DNA of 64,000 nt from Alphaproteobacteria bacterium (GCA_017505705.1 JAFVOS010000008.1:880-64879), one strand, 5' to 3'. Shown: positions 42,925-52,492, counted from the first letter of the stretch. Notes: generated by a model from the sequence alone, not told the origin. Numbers and translations are program-made.

Positions 42925-44586
42925 ATGAAAGAATATTTTTTGGATCCTTTTAAACCTAATTTTTCTAACTTTATTGAACAGTTGATGCAACTGAACGATA
43001 ATGTAAAACAGTACATAAGAAATGATGTAGCCAGGGTCCCAAGTTCTATAGAAGAAAACTATGCGACTTTGTTGTCTAAGGAAGAGCTGTCAGAACAAGG
43101 GGAAGATTTAGATGCGATTTATTCAAAATTGGCATATTATTCACAAGGACTAATACGATGGAATCATCCAGGGGCTTTAATCAATGTTAATCCTCCTGCG
43201 TCCATTCCTTCGACAGCAGTTTCCAGCTATTTTTCATTGTTTAGCCCAAATGGCGCACAAGATATGTCTACAGGTTATCTTTTAACCACTGAACTGGCTG
43301 TGGTTAAAATGTTAAGCCAATTGGCGGACATAGACTATAAGCAATCTGGTGGTTACTTTACATTTGGGGGGAAGTCCACAAATATACATGCCATAAAGCA
43401 TGGATTGCAAAGAATTTCCAAGGATTATGGCACAAATGGTATCAGAGATGATGTTGTTACATTTTCTTCAACACAGGGGCATCCATGTCATGCTGAGGCA
43501 TGTAATTGGCTTGGAATTGGGGATAAAAACTGTATCAGGATATCCACCAACAAGATGGGTGAAATAAATCTGGAAGAGCTAGAAAACAGTATGTCTGCAG
43601 CCTTAGAGCAAGGCAAGAAAGTTGCGTGTATAACTCTGAATGGCGGGACAACTATACAAATGACAATAGACCCAATCAAAAAAGTGGTGGATATTAGAGA
43701 TAGATTGGTAAAGAAATATGAACTTGAATATATACCACGTATACATATTGATTCGGTCATAGGATGGGTTTGGCTGTTTTTCAAAAATTATGACTTTGCA
43801 ACAAATCCATTAAATTTCTCTGGTAAAGCATTGCAAAAATTGCAACGACAGATGAAAAGAATTAGCGAAATAAGGTATGCAGACTCTTTCGGTGTAGATT
43901 TTCATAAGACAGGATTTGCCCCATATTTATCATCTGTATACATCACCAAAGACAAAAGCGAGTTGTTTGATCAAAACCATTACAAAGGTATATCGTATGA
44001 CGAATTGGAGTACGGAAATTATTCTCCCTTTCAATACACTTTGGAATTGTCGCGGCCGCTAAATGGCGCATTGGCTGCGTACGTTAATTTAAAAAGCTTC
44101 GGCATTCAAGGGTTCCAAAAGATTATAGGTGGTCTTATGGATGCTTCTGAATATCTCAAGGATTTATTAACGGATACTAAGAGATTTGAGATTATCAACA
44201 ATGAAGATAGCGATGGTTTTGTTACATTATTTGTTGCGAAAGAGGATATGAATTCGCCGTCCTTTTTTGATTTAGGGGAGCTCCAGGCTGATGCCATAGA
44301 ACAGTTCGGACAATACAATTATAAGTTCTATCTATTCTTGCTGGAAAAACAAAAGAAAGGTGAATGCTGGTTTTCAATAGATTATTCAACCGGATATCAC
44401 AGATTGTCTAATGGCAAAAAGCTTGGGGTATTGAAAGCCTATCCAATGACTCCTTATTTTGACAAGCAAGCTGTAGAAAAGCTTACAGAAGATATAGTGC
44501 GATTCCAACAAGAGTTTGATAAGGTAAAAGAAACTTTTGTTGTAAAAGAAGTCCCGCACAAGCCAAGACCATTTGTATACAGATAA
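42925..44586 (+). CDS. Group II pyridoxal-phosphate-dependent decarboxylase.
   Basis: An HIDSVIGW block (the HxDAAxG equivalent) and a PLP-lysine context DFHKTGFAPY. It is 553 aa long. Confidence 0.7.
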   Translation: MKEYFLDPFKPNFSNFIEQLMQLNDNVKQYIRNDVARVPSSIEENYATLLSKEELSEQGEDLDAIYSKLAYYSQGLIRWNHPGALINVNPPASIPSTAVSSYFSLFSPNGAQDMSTGYLLTTELAVVKMLSQLADIDYKQSGGYFTFGGKSTNIHAIKHGLQRISKDYGTNGIRDDVVTFSSTQGHPCHAEACNWLGIGDKNCIRISTNKMGEINLEELENSMSAALEQGKKVACITLNGGTTIQMTIDPIKKVVDIRDRLVKKYELEYIPRIHIDSVIGWVWLFFKNYDFATNPLNFSGKALQKLQRQMKRISEIRYADSFGVDFHKTGFAPYLSSVYITKDKSELFDQNHYKGISYDELEYGNYSPFQYTLELSRPLNGALAAYVNLKSFGIQGFQKIIGGLMDASEYLKDLLTDTKRFEIINNEDSDGFVTLFVAKEDMNSPSFFDLGELQADAIEQFGQYNYKFYLFLLEKQKKGECWFSIDYSTGYHRLSNGKKLGVLKAYPMTPYFDKQAVEKLTEDIVRFQQEFDKVKETFVVKEVPHKPRPFVYR

Positions 44587-44595
44587 CCTAGAGGA

Positions 44596-46518
44596 TTGTT
44601 CATGAGAGCCGGCTATTACGTTTCTGCATTTGTGTGTTGCAATGAATTACAAAATCTATTGGATATTAAGCTACGTCACGATCAAACAATAGCGTTATGG
44701 TATTTTGATGGTAATAGTGAGGCAAAACTGGTCAAATACTGGGAATTAGAACGTATATCTGGTTATAAACAACATGCAAAAGCGTTTTACAATAAGGAGG
44801 CGTTTTATACCCTGTTGGAACAGTTGCTGGCAGAAGAAGAATTGTCATTAAAAGATGTTAATGAAATTTGTGGAACTAAAGAAATTGAAACGAATACACG
44901 CTACAGAGATGTTTTTGATTACACAGGGATAGCTTATCACAGTATCGCACATTTAATGACAGCTATGTATTATGGCAACAAGCAACCACTTCAAACAGAC
45001 ATGGTATTGTTAAGTTTAGATGCGGGTCCAGATAGTCAATTTGAAGAAGATGCATATGATAAGAAATTTTATGTTGGGGGAGTTATTAAGAATGGAAAGT
45101 TAGATATTTTTCCAATAGAATCGCCGGCCAGATTATGGAGTTATGCATTTAAGAAATTTAAGTTGCGAGAGGGGACTTTGATGGCTTTAGCTACCGCCAC
45201 AGATACGACCATAGAATTTGATGTATCTAAATTTGATGACGTCTCCTTTTATGATGACAGTACTAGGATAAAAGCAAGAAAAATTGTTGATGAAATATCT
45301 GAATTTGTATTTAGTACGTGTCTGCCAAAAAATGCGGACAAGCGTTTTTCAGAAGAGGAACATAAAATTAGTGCCATAATGAAAAACGTAGCTAATTTGT
45401 CTCAGAGAATATTAGACAGAAATATAGAGCGGATTATCAAGCAGTATGAGCTTGTAGCAGAAGAAACAATTATCTCTATGGCTGGTGGTTTTGCGTTAAA
45501 CTGTCCTACAAATTCGTATATCCTTCAGAAATATAAATTTGCTAACTATCAAATTCCGCCATGTACAAGTGATACAGGAATTGCTGCAGGGATAGGTTTG
45601 TCAGCTTTCTATGTAGATTTAGGAACTTCTGACTTAAAAATAGATTTTTCGTCTGCTTATTATGGACAGACAGTAGAAATGGATACCGCTATTTTGAACA
45701 AGTATCAATCGTACATAGATGCTGTGGATGCTGTGAACTCTAAAGATATTGTTGAAGATATAATCAAAGACTCAGTAATTGTATGGGTAAATGGGAATTC
45801 GGAGATCGGTCCACGTGCGCTTGGGAACAGATCGTTAATAGGTGATCCACGTACAACGAAAACGAAAGACCTGCTGAACAATATCAAAAAACGTCAGTGG
45901 TGGCGTCCGGTTGCTCCGGTTGTGCTAGATGAGAAAGCAAAAGATTGGTTGGAAGATTATACATATTCTCCAAATATGTTATTAAATTTTGTAGTAAAAC
46001 CTGAACAGCTAGATAAAGTGCCAGCTATCTTACATTTTGATAATACCGCACGGGTGCAGAGTGTATCCAGGGACAGCAATATAGAATTATATGATGTTTT
46101 ATTGGAGTTTTACAATATTACAGGAGTGCCGGTACTATGTAATACGTCCCTAAATGATGCAGGAGAGCCAATTATAAACAATTTGGAACAAGCGGTGATA
46201 TTTGCTTTGCACAAAAACATCAAACATATCTATATAAATGGCAAATACCGTATAACTCTAAAAAACAATACCGATTTGCAAGGTAAACCATTTGGCTATA
46301 GAGATGAGATATTTTTTATGCCAGACAAAGGTGCAAATACAGCCAAGATAATAGAAGAGCAAAATCCTTATGGCTTATCTATAAAAGAGTTAACATATTT
46401 TATGGATAATCCAAACATTTTTGCAAAATATGATATCAGAAAACAAGAAGATGCTTTGTTTATAAAGAATGCAACAGCAGAATATTTGGAGAATAACCCG
46501 GATGCACTGCAACGATAA
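44596..46518 (+). CDS. Carbamoyltransferase of the NodU/CmcH/TobZ family.
   Basis: C-terminal signature WVNGNSEIGPRALGNRSLIGDPR...RQWWRPVAPVVL. Confidence 0.75.
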   Translation: MFMRAGYYVSAFVCCNELQNLLDIKLRHDQTIALWYFDGNSEAKLVKYWELERISGYKQHAKAFYNKEAFYTLLEQLLAEEELSLKDVNEICGTKEIETNTRYRDVFDYTGIAYHSIAHLMTAMYYGNKQPLQTDMVLLSLDAGPDSQFEEDAYDKKFYVGGVIKNGKLDIFPIESPARLWSYAFKKFKLREGTLMALATATDTTIEFDVSKFDDVSFYDDSTRIKARKIVDEISEFVFSTCLPKNADKRFSEEEHKISAIMKNVANLSQRILDRNIERIIKQYELVAEETIISMAGGFALNCPTNSYILQKYKFANYQIPPCTSDTGIAAGIGLSAFYVDLGTSDLKIDFSSAYYGQTVEMDTAILNKYQSYIDAVDAVNSKDIVEDIIKDSVIVWVNGNSEIGPRALGNRSLIGDPRTTKTKDLLNNIKKRQWWRPVAPVVLDEKAKDWLEDYTYSPNMLLNFVVKPEQLDKVPAILHFDNTARVQSVSRDSNIELYDVLLEFYNITGVPVLCNTSLNDAGEPIINNLEQAVIFALHKNIKHIYINGKYRITLKNNTDLQGKPFGYRDEIFFMPDKGANTAKIIEEQNPYGLSIKELTYFMDNPNIFAKYDIRKQEDALFIKNATAEYLENNPDALQR

Positions 46519-47551
46519 GAATAGCTTGCCACGTTTGACAAAGGACGAGCTGTTATATTACTTACAACAGTTTGCAGATTTCTCGTCTTATTACCAGTGT
46601 GCTGTTTTTTACGTGATTATTAAAAATCATTTATTGGGCTCAATGGGTAATGACAGCTATCAGGAATATCATAAATTAGTTCACGAACTGTTCCTATATG
46701 TAAACGACAAGAGGCAATTTGTCTCCATTATAGATGCATTTCTAGGGCAAACGACCACAGAAAATATAACATCAAATAATATTTTCAATATAGTTAAGAG
46801 TTGTATAGGCAAAGATTGCGATTATTTTACTAAGACACTTATATTTAATACATGGCTTTTCAAGAATAATTTATGCCCATTGCTTTGTTTTGCGTTTGGA
46901 GCATGGCAGGTTGAACCGGAAGTAACAGAAGATAAGTTGCAAGATATTATAGAGTTAACAATAATGTCTGTTTATAGAATTGTAGCTCACGCTCCAGAAA
47001 AGGACGACAAAACGTTGTTTAATGATAGCGGTGGTGTTTTTGACGTGCATATAACAGAAGATAAGCAGCATGTAAAAAAATACCCAAAGAATTATGCTGC
47101 GCTGGCATTTTTAGCACAACAAGAGGTAGAGTCTTTTGAATATTTTGGTAAGATTCCAGGATTAAAGCAGTTTTTGCCTCTTATGTATTCCTTAGATGCA
47201 CAAAGTAAGGTGCTGACGCACACATTTATAAATGGAATATCTGGGGATGATATCTTGAAAACAATAGGCCATCTGACAGGAAAGCAAAAAAAACAGTTGG
47301 CAAGCTTTTATGATATATATATGAAATATCCAGAAATGCGCTTTTTAGATGTACATCCAGGTAATTTTATTTGGGAACCTAAGACAGAACGTTGGTTTCT
47401 TATAGACTTAGGACTAATACCAAAAATTGGCTCAGATTATTATAAATGGGATAATTTTGATATGTACTTTCATAATGTGTGGGAAACTCGTTTATGGCAA
47501 ATGAAAAATGTGCCAATAAGGTCGTTAGATTACGCATTAACAAGCATATAA
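46502..47551 (+). CDS. Kinase-like protein (protein-kinase-like fold).
   Basis: A DVHPGNFIW catalytic-loop-like segment followed by FLIDLG (DFG-like). Confidence 0.4.
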   Translation: MHCNDKNSLPRLTKDELLYYLQQFADFSSYYQCAVFYVIIKNHLLGSMGNDSYQEYHKLVHELFLYVNDKRQFVSIIDAFLGQTTTENITSNNIFNIVKSCIGKDCDYFTKTLIFNTWLFKNNLCPLLCFAFGAWQVEPEVTEDKLQDIIELTIMSVYRIVAHAPEKDDKTLFNDSGGVFDVHITEDKQHVKKYPKNYAALAFLAQQEVESFEYFGKIPGLKQFLPLMYSLDAQSKVLTHTFINGISGDDILKTIGHLTGKQKKQLASFYDIYMKYPEMRFLDVHPGNFIWEPKTERWFLIDLGLIPKIGSDYYKWDNFDMYFHNVWETRLWQMKNVPIRSLDYALTSI

Positions 47552-47597
47552 ACATATACAAAAATAAAAAATGTCAATTTTTTTTAGTGTAAATACT

Positions 47598-47630
47598 TGA
47601 AAATCAAAAAAAAGCGATTATAATATACGT
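47598..47630 (+). promoter_or_regulatory. Sigma70-type promoter (TTGAAA, 16 nt spacer, TATAAT) for tyrS.
   Basis: Seen in the sequence upstream of the tyrS RBS aagagga. Confidence 0.45.
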
Positions 47631-47660
47631 ATATGAAAACAATAAAGAGGATTTTATAGA

Positions 47661-48941
47661 ATGTCAGATAATATTGAAAACACAATAAAAGTTATGCTTA
47701 AGGGAGCCGCTGAACATACAGATGTTTCTGAAATTAGGGCAAAGTTAGAAAGTATAGCTAAAGAAAACCGTCCGCTGCGAGTAAAACTGGGCTTGGACCC
47801 ATCTGCACCGGATATTCATATTGGTCATGCTGTGGTTTTGCGTAAAATCAAACAGCTACAAGACTTGGGACACGAAGCAATTATCATTATTGGTGATTTT
47901 ACAGGTATGATTGGTGATCCTACTGGGAAATCCAAGACGAGAAAGCAGTTGACTCCTGAACAAGTGGCACAAAACGCAGAAACATATAAAACGCAGATCT
48001 TTAAGATTTTGGATCCAAAGAAAACTACGGTTGTATTCAACAGTCAATGGTTGGGAAAAATGACATTTAAAGACGTTATTGATTTGTCTGCAAAATCAAC
48101 TGTTGCTCGTATATTGGAACGTGATGACTTTAAGAAACGTTACACAACAGGCCAGCCGATTTCTGTTCATGAATTCTTCTACCCATTGATGCAAGCGTAT
48201 GATTCCGTTGCGGTAAAAGCGGACCTGGAGCTTGGTGGAACAGACCAAACATTTAACATTTTGATGGGGCGTAATATACAGAAAGACTATGGGCTAGAAC
48301 CTCAGATCACATTGTTTATGCCTATTTTAGAGGGGACAGACGGTATTGAAAAGATGAGTAAGAGTTTGGGTAACTACATCGGTGTTAACGAACCTGCTCA
48401 TGTTATCTATGAAAAAGTAATGAAAATCCCTGATAATATGATCATCAAATATTATGAGTTAGCGACAGACTTGCATCCAGATGCAATCAATGTCATCAAA
48501 GCAAGATTGCAGAAAGGCGAAAATCCTCGTGATATAAAGATGGAATTAGCAAGGGAAATAACAACTTTATATCATGATGCTGCCGCTGCTGTAAAAGCAG
48601 AAGAACGTTTTAAGACTGCATATCAGCAGCAAAAAGCACCAGAAGACGTTCAGGTCATCTCTTATGAAGACAACGCAGATGCCTTTTATGCTTTGATAAA
48701 GGCTATCTCAACTTCAGGAAAATATAAGTCAAATGGTGAAATCAGACGTTTGATGATACAAGGTGCTGTAAAAGTAAATGGCTTAAAAGCACAAAAACAA
48801 GAAGATGTTCCAGAAATCAAAGATGGCGATATCGTTCAAATTGGCAAAGGACAATTCTTTAAGATTTCTAAAAAAAAAGGTCCTGAAACAATAGCTAGTG
48901 AAATGTACGCAAAAGCCATTGAAAATTTGAAACAAAAATAA
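47661..48941 (+). CDS. tyrS: Tyrosyl-tRNA synthetase.
   Basis: The HIGH motif (PDIHIGHAV), KMSKS and a C-terminal S4 domain. It uses AGA/AGG Arg codons, unlike the core genes. Confidence 0.9.
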   Translation: MSDNIENTIKVMLKGAAEHTDVSEIRAKLESIAKENRPLRVKLGLDPSAPDIHIGHAVVLRKIKQLQDLGHEAIIIIGDFTGMIGDPTGKSKTRKQLTPEQVAQNAETYKTQIFKILDPKKTTVVFNSQWLGKMTFKDVIDLSAKSTVARILERDDFKKRYTTGQPISVHEFFYPLMQAYDSVAVKADLELGGTDQTFNILMGRNIQKDYGLEPQITLFMPILEGTDGIEKMSKSLGNYIGVNEPAHVIYEKVMKIPDNMIIKYYELATDLHPDAINVIKARLQKGENPRDIKMELAREITTLYHDAAAAVKAEERFKTAYQQQKAPEDVQVISYEDNADAFYALIKAISTSGKYKSNGEIRRLMIQGAVKVNGLKAQKQEDVPEIKDGDIVQIGKGQFFKISKKKGPETIASEMYAKAIENLKQK

Positions 48942-48942
48942 G

Positions 48943-48972
48943 AAAGCCGGCCTAGCCGGTTTTTTTGTTTTT
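48943..48972 (+). terminator. Rho-independent terminator.
   Basis: Hairpin agccggcctagccggt followed by T7. Confidence 0.6.
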
Positions 48973-48988
48973 ATACGCCACAATATAA

Positions 48989-49666
48989 TCATTCTTCTAT
49001 GTTGGAATATGATATGGCTTCATCTATTTTGTCCATCAACAAGCTAGCAAAAATCAATCGCTTTATAGCCATGTCCTTCGATATGATCTGATTTTCGTGT
49101 GCCTTGGGGTTTCTTATGCCTGTCATTGCGCCAGCAAATATGTTCATATATCCAATTTGGACATCTTTGCCAGTCTGTGTTTCTATGTTCTCAAAAGTTA
49201 ACACCGGGTTATTAGGCGAAAATACATGATTCATTAGGTTGTTGCCGTCTAGTTCCTCATTTCGAAATTTGCGATATAACTTTTTTAACCTAGAGTTAAT
49301 TTCCTTGAATGCAGACTCTACACAATCGGCATATTGTTGTGCTAGGAATTTTGGCTGTATAATTGGCAGCAACAAGGGGTGGATGTGCTTCCAGAAAGGT
49401 TCGTTCCGAGCCTGTAAAATATGACGTCGTAAAAGCTCTAGATTTTCTGATATAATGCCAGCTTCTAGTAATGTCATATATTCCGTTGCTGTATACAATA
49501 AATTGTCGGATATTTTCTTCCAATACATAGTATCTTCCAGGTGGTTTTCATAGATAAAATCCGTAAGACTCCTATGGAAACTGACGTATTCTGGGGTATT
49601 AAATCTGAACTTTCCCTTATAATCATGCAGTTTATAAAATTCGTTTATAATGTCATCAATGTTCAT
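48989..49666 (-). CDS. HEPN-domain protein (Rx4H motif), a candidate toxin or abortive-infection component.
   Basis: A GIRNPKAHE motif (R-x4-H) near the C-terminus in an alpha-helical protein. Confidence 0.5.
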   Translation of the reverse strand: MNIDDIINEFYKLHDYKGKFRFNTPEYVSFHRSLTDFIYENHLEDTMYWKKISDNLLYTATEYMTLLEAGIISENLELLRRHILQARNEPFWKHIHPLLLPIIQPKFLAQQYADCVESAFKEINSRLKKLYRKFRNEELDGNNLMNHVFSPNNPVLTFENIETQTGKDVQIGYMNIFAGAMTGIRNPKAHENQIISKDMAIKRLIFASLLMDKIDEAISYSNIEE

Positions 49667-49793
49667 GTCTATTTATCCTTTATTCTTGTATATAGGATTT
49701 TATATGAAAAATACAAGAGTTTTATAGTGGGAAAATCCCTGTAAATTCCCTGTAAAATTGGAATTTGTATGTGATTGGTCGTGATAAAATCAT

Positions 49794-49814
49794 ACTCCGC
49801 CAGAAATAATCAAA
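49794..49814. repeat. Right copy of the 21-nt direct repeat. Candidate right attachment-site junction of the island.
   Basis: Identical to 21454-21474. Confidence 0.7.
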
Positions 49815-49847
49815 CGCCCCATTGTGGGCGTTTTATTTTTATGCCGA

Positions 49848-49991
49848 AATCGGGGCTCGAACCCGATAAAGCCACGACAGTGGCGTGGGTTCGACAATGA
49901 GTAGGTTTTGCAAACATAGTGCAGCAAAACCGTCAGGAATGCCCCACAGCCCCGCCATCTGCGGGGCGAGGGAATACTTCGACTCCGCCAG
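49848..49991. other. Structured non-coding segment with tRNA-like fragments: a minus-strand T-arm-like tcgggttcgagccccga, and a plus-strand cttcgactccgccag copy of the tRNA-Ser 3' end.
   Basis: Seen directly in the sequence. No complete tRNA or tmRNA could be folded. Confidence 0.35.
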
Positions 49992-50153
49992 GGAATTAAA
50001 ATCTTAAACCGCCCAAGTGGGCGGTTTTGATTTTAACCGGGCGGCTCGAAAGGATACGCCAGAGCGCAGCGCATGGCGAACCCTAACCATAAAAAACTTG
50101 CACCCAACAGAAAGTGTTCTATAATGCACCACAACTGCTCCAAGGATTCTCTT

Positions 50154-51428
50154 ATGTCTTCGTTACATTATGTGGCCGGAATTGATTTCGGAACGACTAA
50201 TTCTGCCGTATCTGTTTCAGATGGTGGTGTGCCACGTATGGTTCAAATTGCCCCGAATTGTGATACGATACCAACAGCATTGTTTTTTGATGAGTCCAGC
50301 AGGCATATCTTTATTGGGCACGATGCGTACAAAAAATATCGTGAACCATTTTCCGAAGGGCGACTAATGCGCAGTTTAAAACGAATTTTAGGTACCCCAA
50401 CAATGTCAACTGGAACCCAAATATATGGCAAATATACTAAATTTGAAGATATTGTCGGTTATTTTGTTCAGCATTTAAAAGAGAAACTAGATGATTTTGT
50501 AAATCACTCTGTGACCGATGTTATTATGGGGCGGCCTGTGCATTTTCGTGATAATGATTCTTGTGGCGATGATATGGCACAGCAACAGTTGGAACGAATT
50601 GCCCGTAATGTTGGGTTCAAGAACATTGGATTTCAATACGAGCCAATTGCGGCCGCATTTGCCCACGAACGCAATTTGACATCGGAACATTTGGCCATGG
50701 TCATAGATATTGGCGGTGGTACATCTGATTTTACAGTAATTCGTCTGGGGGCAGGTTTAATGAATAAATTAGATCGAACAGATGATATTCTGGCGAATAC
50801 AGGTATTCGTATTGGTGGTAATGATTTTGATTATGCGTTTGCCATAGATAAATTTATGCCTGAATATGGTCTGGGGTCAATGTATCGCAGTGGTGATAAG
50901 ATATTACCTGTACCAAATGCGCCGTACATTGATTTAGCGACATGGTCGTCTGTGAATCATGCCTATACCCCCCAGGTATGGAACTTGATGCGTGGGGTTC
51001 AGATTGGTGCATTGGCCCCAGATAAAATACGCAGAATGATGGATATACTGGAAAATAATCTTGGGCACGCCAATCTAGATTTTGTTGAAAGTGCGAAAAT
51101 AAGTTTGTCTGCCCATGACGAAATAACGCAGCGACTGGATTTTTTGGATGATTGTCCAGTTGTCACAACGTGCGTGGCGGATTTTGTACATGCTATATCT
51201 GCAGATGTGGCAAAGATAAACAATTCAATGAATCAATGTCTGGCCATGGCGCAAATAAAAAATACAGATATTAGTTTGATAATATTGACAGGGGGCTCAA
51301 CACAAATTCCCTATGTTGTTGCAATGTTGCGTGGCGCATTTCCGAATGCTGTTATTTCAGATTCCAATAAAATGGCCAGTGTGGGCCTTGGGTTGGCTTA
51401 TGATGCAATACGTCGATTTGCCGAATAA
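50154..51428 (+). CDS. Hsp70-family ATPase (YegD/HscC-like, actin-like fold).
   Basis: Phosphate-1 motif GIDFGTTNSAV and a DIGGGTSD connect motif. Start trimmed to MSSLHYVAGIDFG. Confidence 0.7.
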   Translation: MSSLHYVAGIDFGTTNSAVSVSDGGVPRMVQIAPNCDTIPTALFFDESSRHIFIGHDAYKKYREPFSEGRLMRSLKRILGTPTMSTGTQIYGKYTKFEDIVGYFVQHLKEKLDDFVNHSVTDVIMGRPVHFRDNDSCGDDMAQQQLERIARNVGFKNIGFQYEPIAAAFAHERNLTSEHLAMVIDIGGGTSDFTVIRLGAGLMNKLDRTDDILANTGIRIGGNDFDYAFAIDKFMPEYGLGSMYRSGDKILPVPNAPYIDLATWSSVNHAYTPQVWNLMRGVQIGALAPDKIRRMMDILENNLGHANLDFVESAKISLSAHDEITQRLDFLDDCPVVTTCVADFVHAISADVAKINNSMNQCLAMAQIKNTDISLIILTGGSTQIPYVVAMLRGAFPNAVISDSNKMASVGLGLAYDAIRRFAE

Positions 51429-51568
51429 AAACAATAAATCCCCATCAGCCAGACTTTATATGTATTTAATCGTACTGTGTTCACATTCCGCATGGAATAA
51501 TCAAAGTCCCAAATTGGCATAAGCATAAAATATTTCATTTTGCATATATTTATGATATAATACCAAGC

Positions 51569-51865
51569 ATGACAAGATTTATTTATGCAATTTTATTGCT
51601 AGGGTTAACTGGATGTATGTCTGGGGCGCCCACTGGTGAATATTCGGATGCGCCTGTTGAATGTTCTGGCGATTGTTCTGGGGTTGCGTTTTCAATGCCG
51701 AATGGCAACGATTTAAAATTAGAAACGTCTCATCACGTTGTTCATGTGACGGCAAATCCAGATACACCATATGCATATTACGTGTGGACGGGCGACAAAT
51801 CGTACAGCGACGATCCCGATATTGTCGTGGAAAATGGCGACGCATATGTCCTGACAAATGAATAA
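51569..51865 (+). CDS. Hypothetical lipoprotein.
   Basis: Signal peptide with lipobox LTGC. Confidence 0.45.
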   Translation: MTRFIYAILLLGLTGCMSGAPTGEYSDAPVECSGDCSGVAFSMPNGNDLKLETSHHVVHVTANPDTPYAYYVWTGDKSYSDDPDIVVENGDAYVLTNE

Positions 51866-51895
51866 AAATCCCCGTTTTGGGGATTTTATTTTTCC
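51864..51895. terminator. Bidirectional rho-independent terminator.
   Basis: Hairpin aaaaatccccgttttggggatttt. Confidence 0.65.
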
Positions 51896-52341
51896 AGTTT
51901 ATCCAGAATTCTGTTAAATTTGCGCACAGAACTGTTTGCGCATCCACGTCCCCGCCATGTTAATATTTCTTCGCCAGATTGTTGGTCTACAACAGACAGG
52001 TTAAAATTCCACCACCAAAAACCATTAAGCGCACACCAAATTGGGCGGAATTTTTCAGGTCGCTCTGAAACAGTCAGCAGATATTGCGCACTTGTTGGAA
52101 CCGCAAATCGTTCATAATCTGCCAAATCTGTTTCTATAATATTATTAGTGCTTTTAATTTTGCCAATTTTTACATTGTATCCACGCTTGGCCAATGTTTC
52201 TTTGGTTGCTTGACGCATATTGTATCCACCACGTGTGGTGTAAATGTCCTGGGATTTATCCAGTGTCCCAGGCTTCATGTTCACATGATTGCATGCGGCC
52301 AGCGTTCCAATTAATGCCAAAGAGAATAATTTTCGAAACAT
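51886..52341 (-). CDS. Hypothetical lipoprotein.
   Basis: Signal peptide MFRKLFSLALIGTLAAC with a lipobox. Confidence 0.45.
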   Translation of the reverse strand: MFRKLFSLALIGTLAACNHVNMKPGTLDKSQDIYTTRGGYNMRQATKETLAKRGYNVKIGKIKSTNNIIETDLADYERFAVPTSAQYLLTVSERPEKFRPIWCALNGFWWWNFNLSVVDQQSGEEILTWRGRGCANSSVRKFNRILDKLEK

Positions 52342-52492
52342 TTCCAAATAATCCTTTTTGCTGATTTTATGCTAACATCACGAATAAGACAAGCCAAAAT
52401 ATGCTTGCCTAATGTAAATGTATCCTGTAAAATCTGTACAAGCCTTGTCAGGCGTTAGATATAGTTATTCAAAGGGGGCTCCTGTGCCAAGA

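Noticed and set aside
49848-49991. A candidate tmRNA (ssrA) suggested by the GGGGCTCGAACCC and ...CGACTCCGCCA ends.
   Set aside because: The acceptor strands do not pair (GGGGCT versus GACTCC). No tag ORF ends in the usual ...AA-stop. The 3' element is a copy of the tRNA-Ser end. I treat the segment as attachment-site debris instead.
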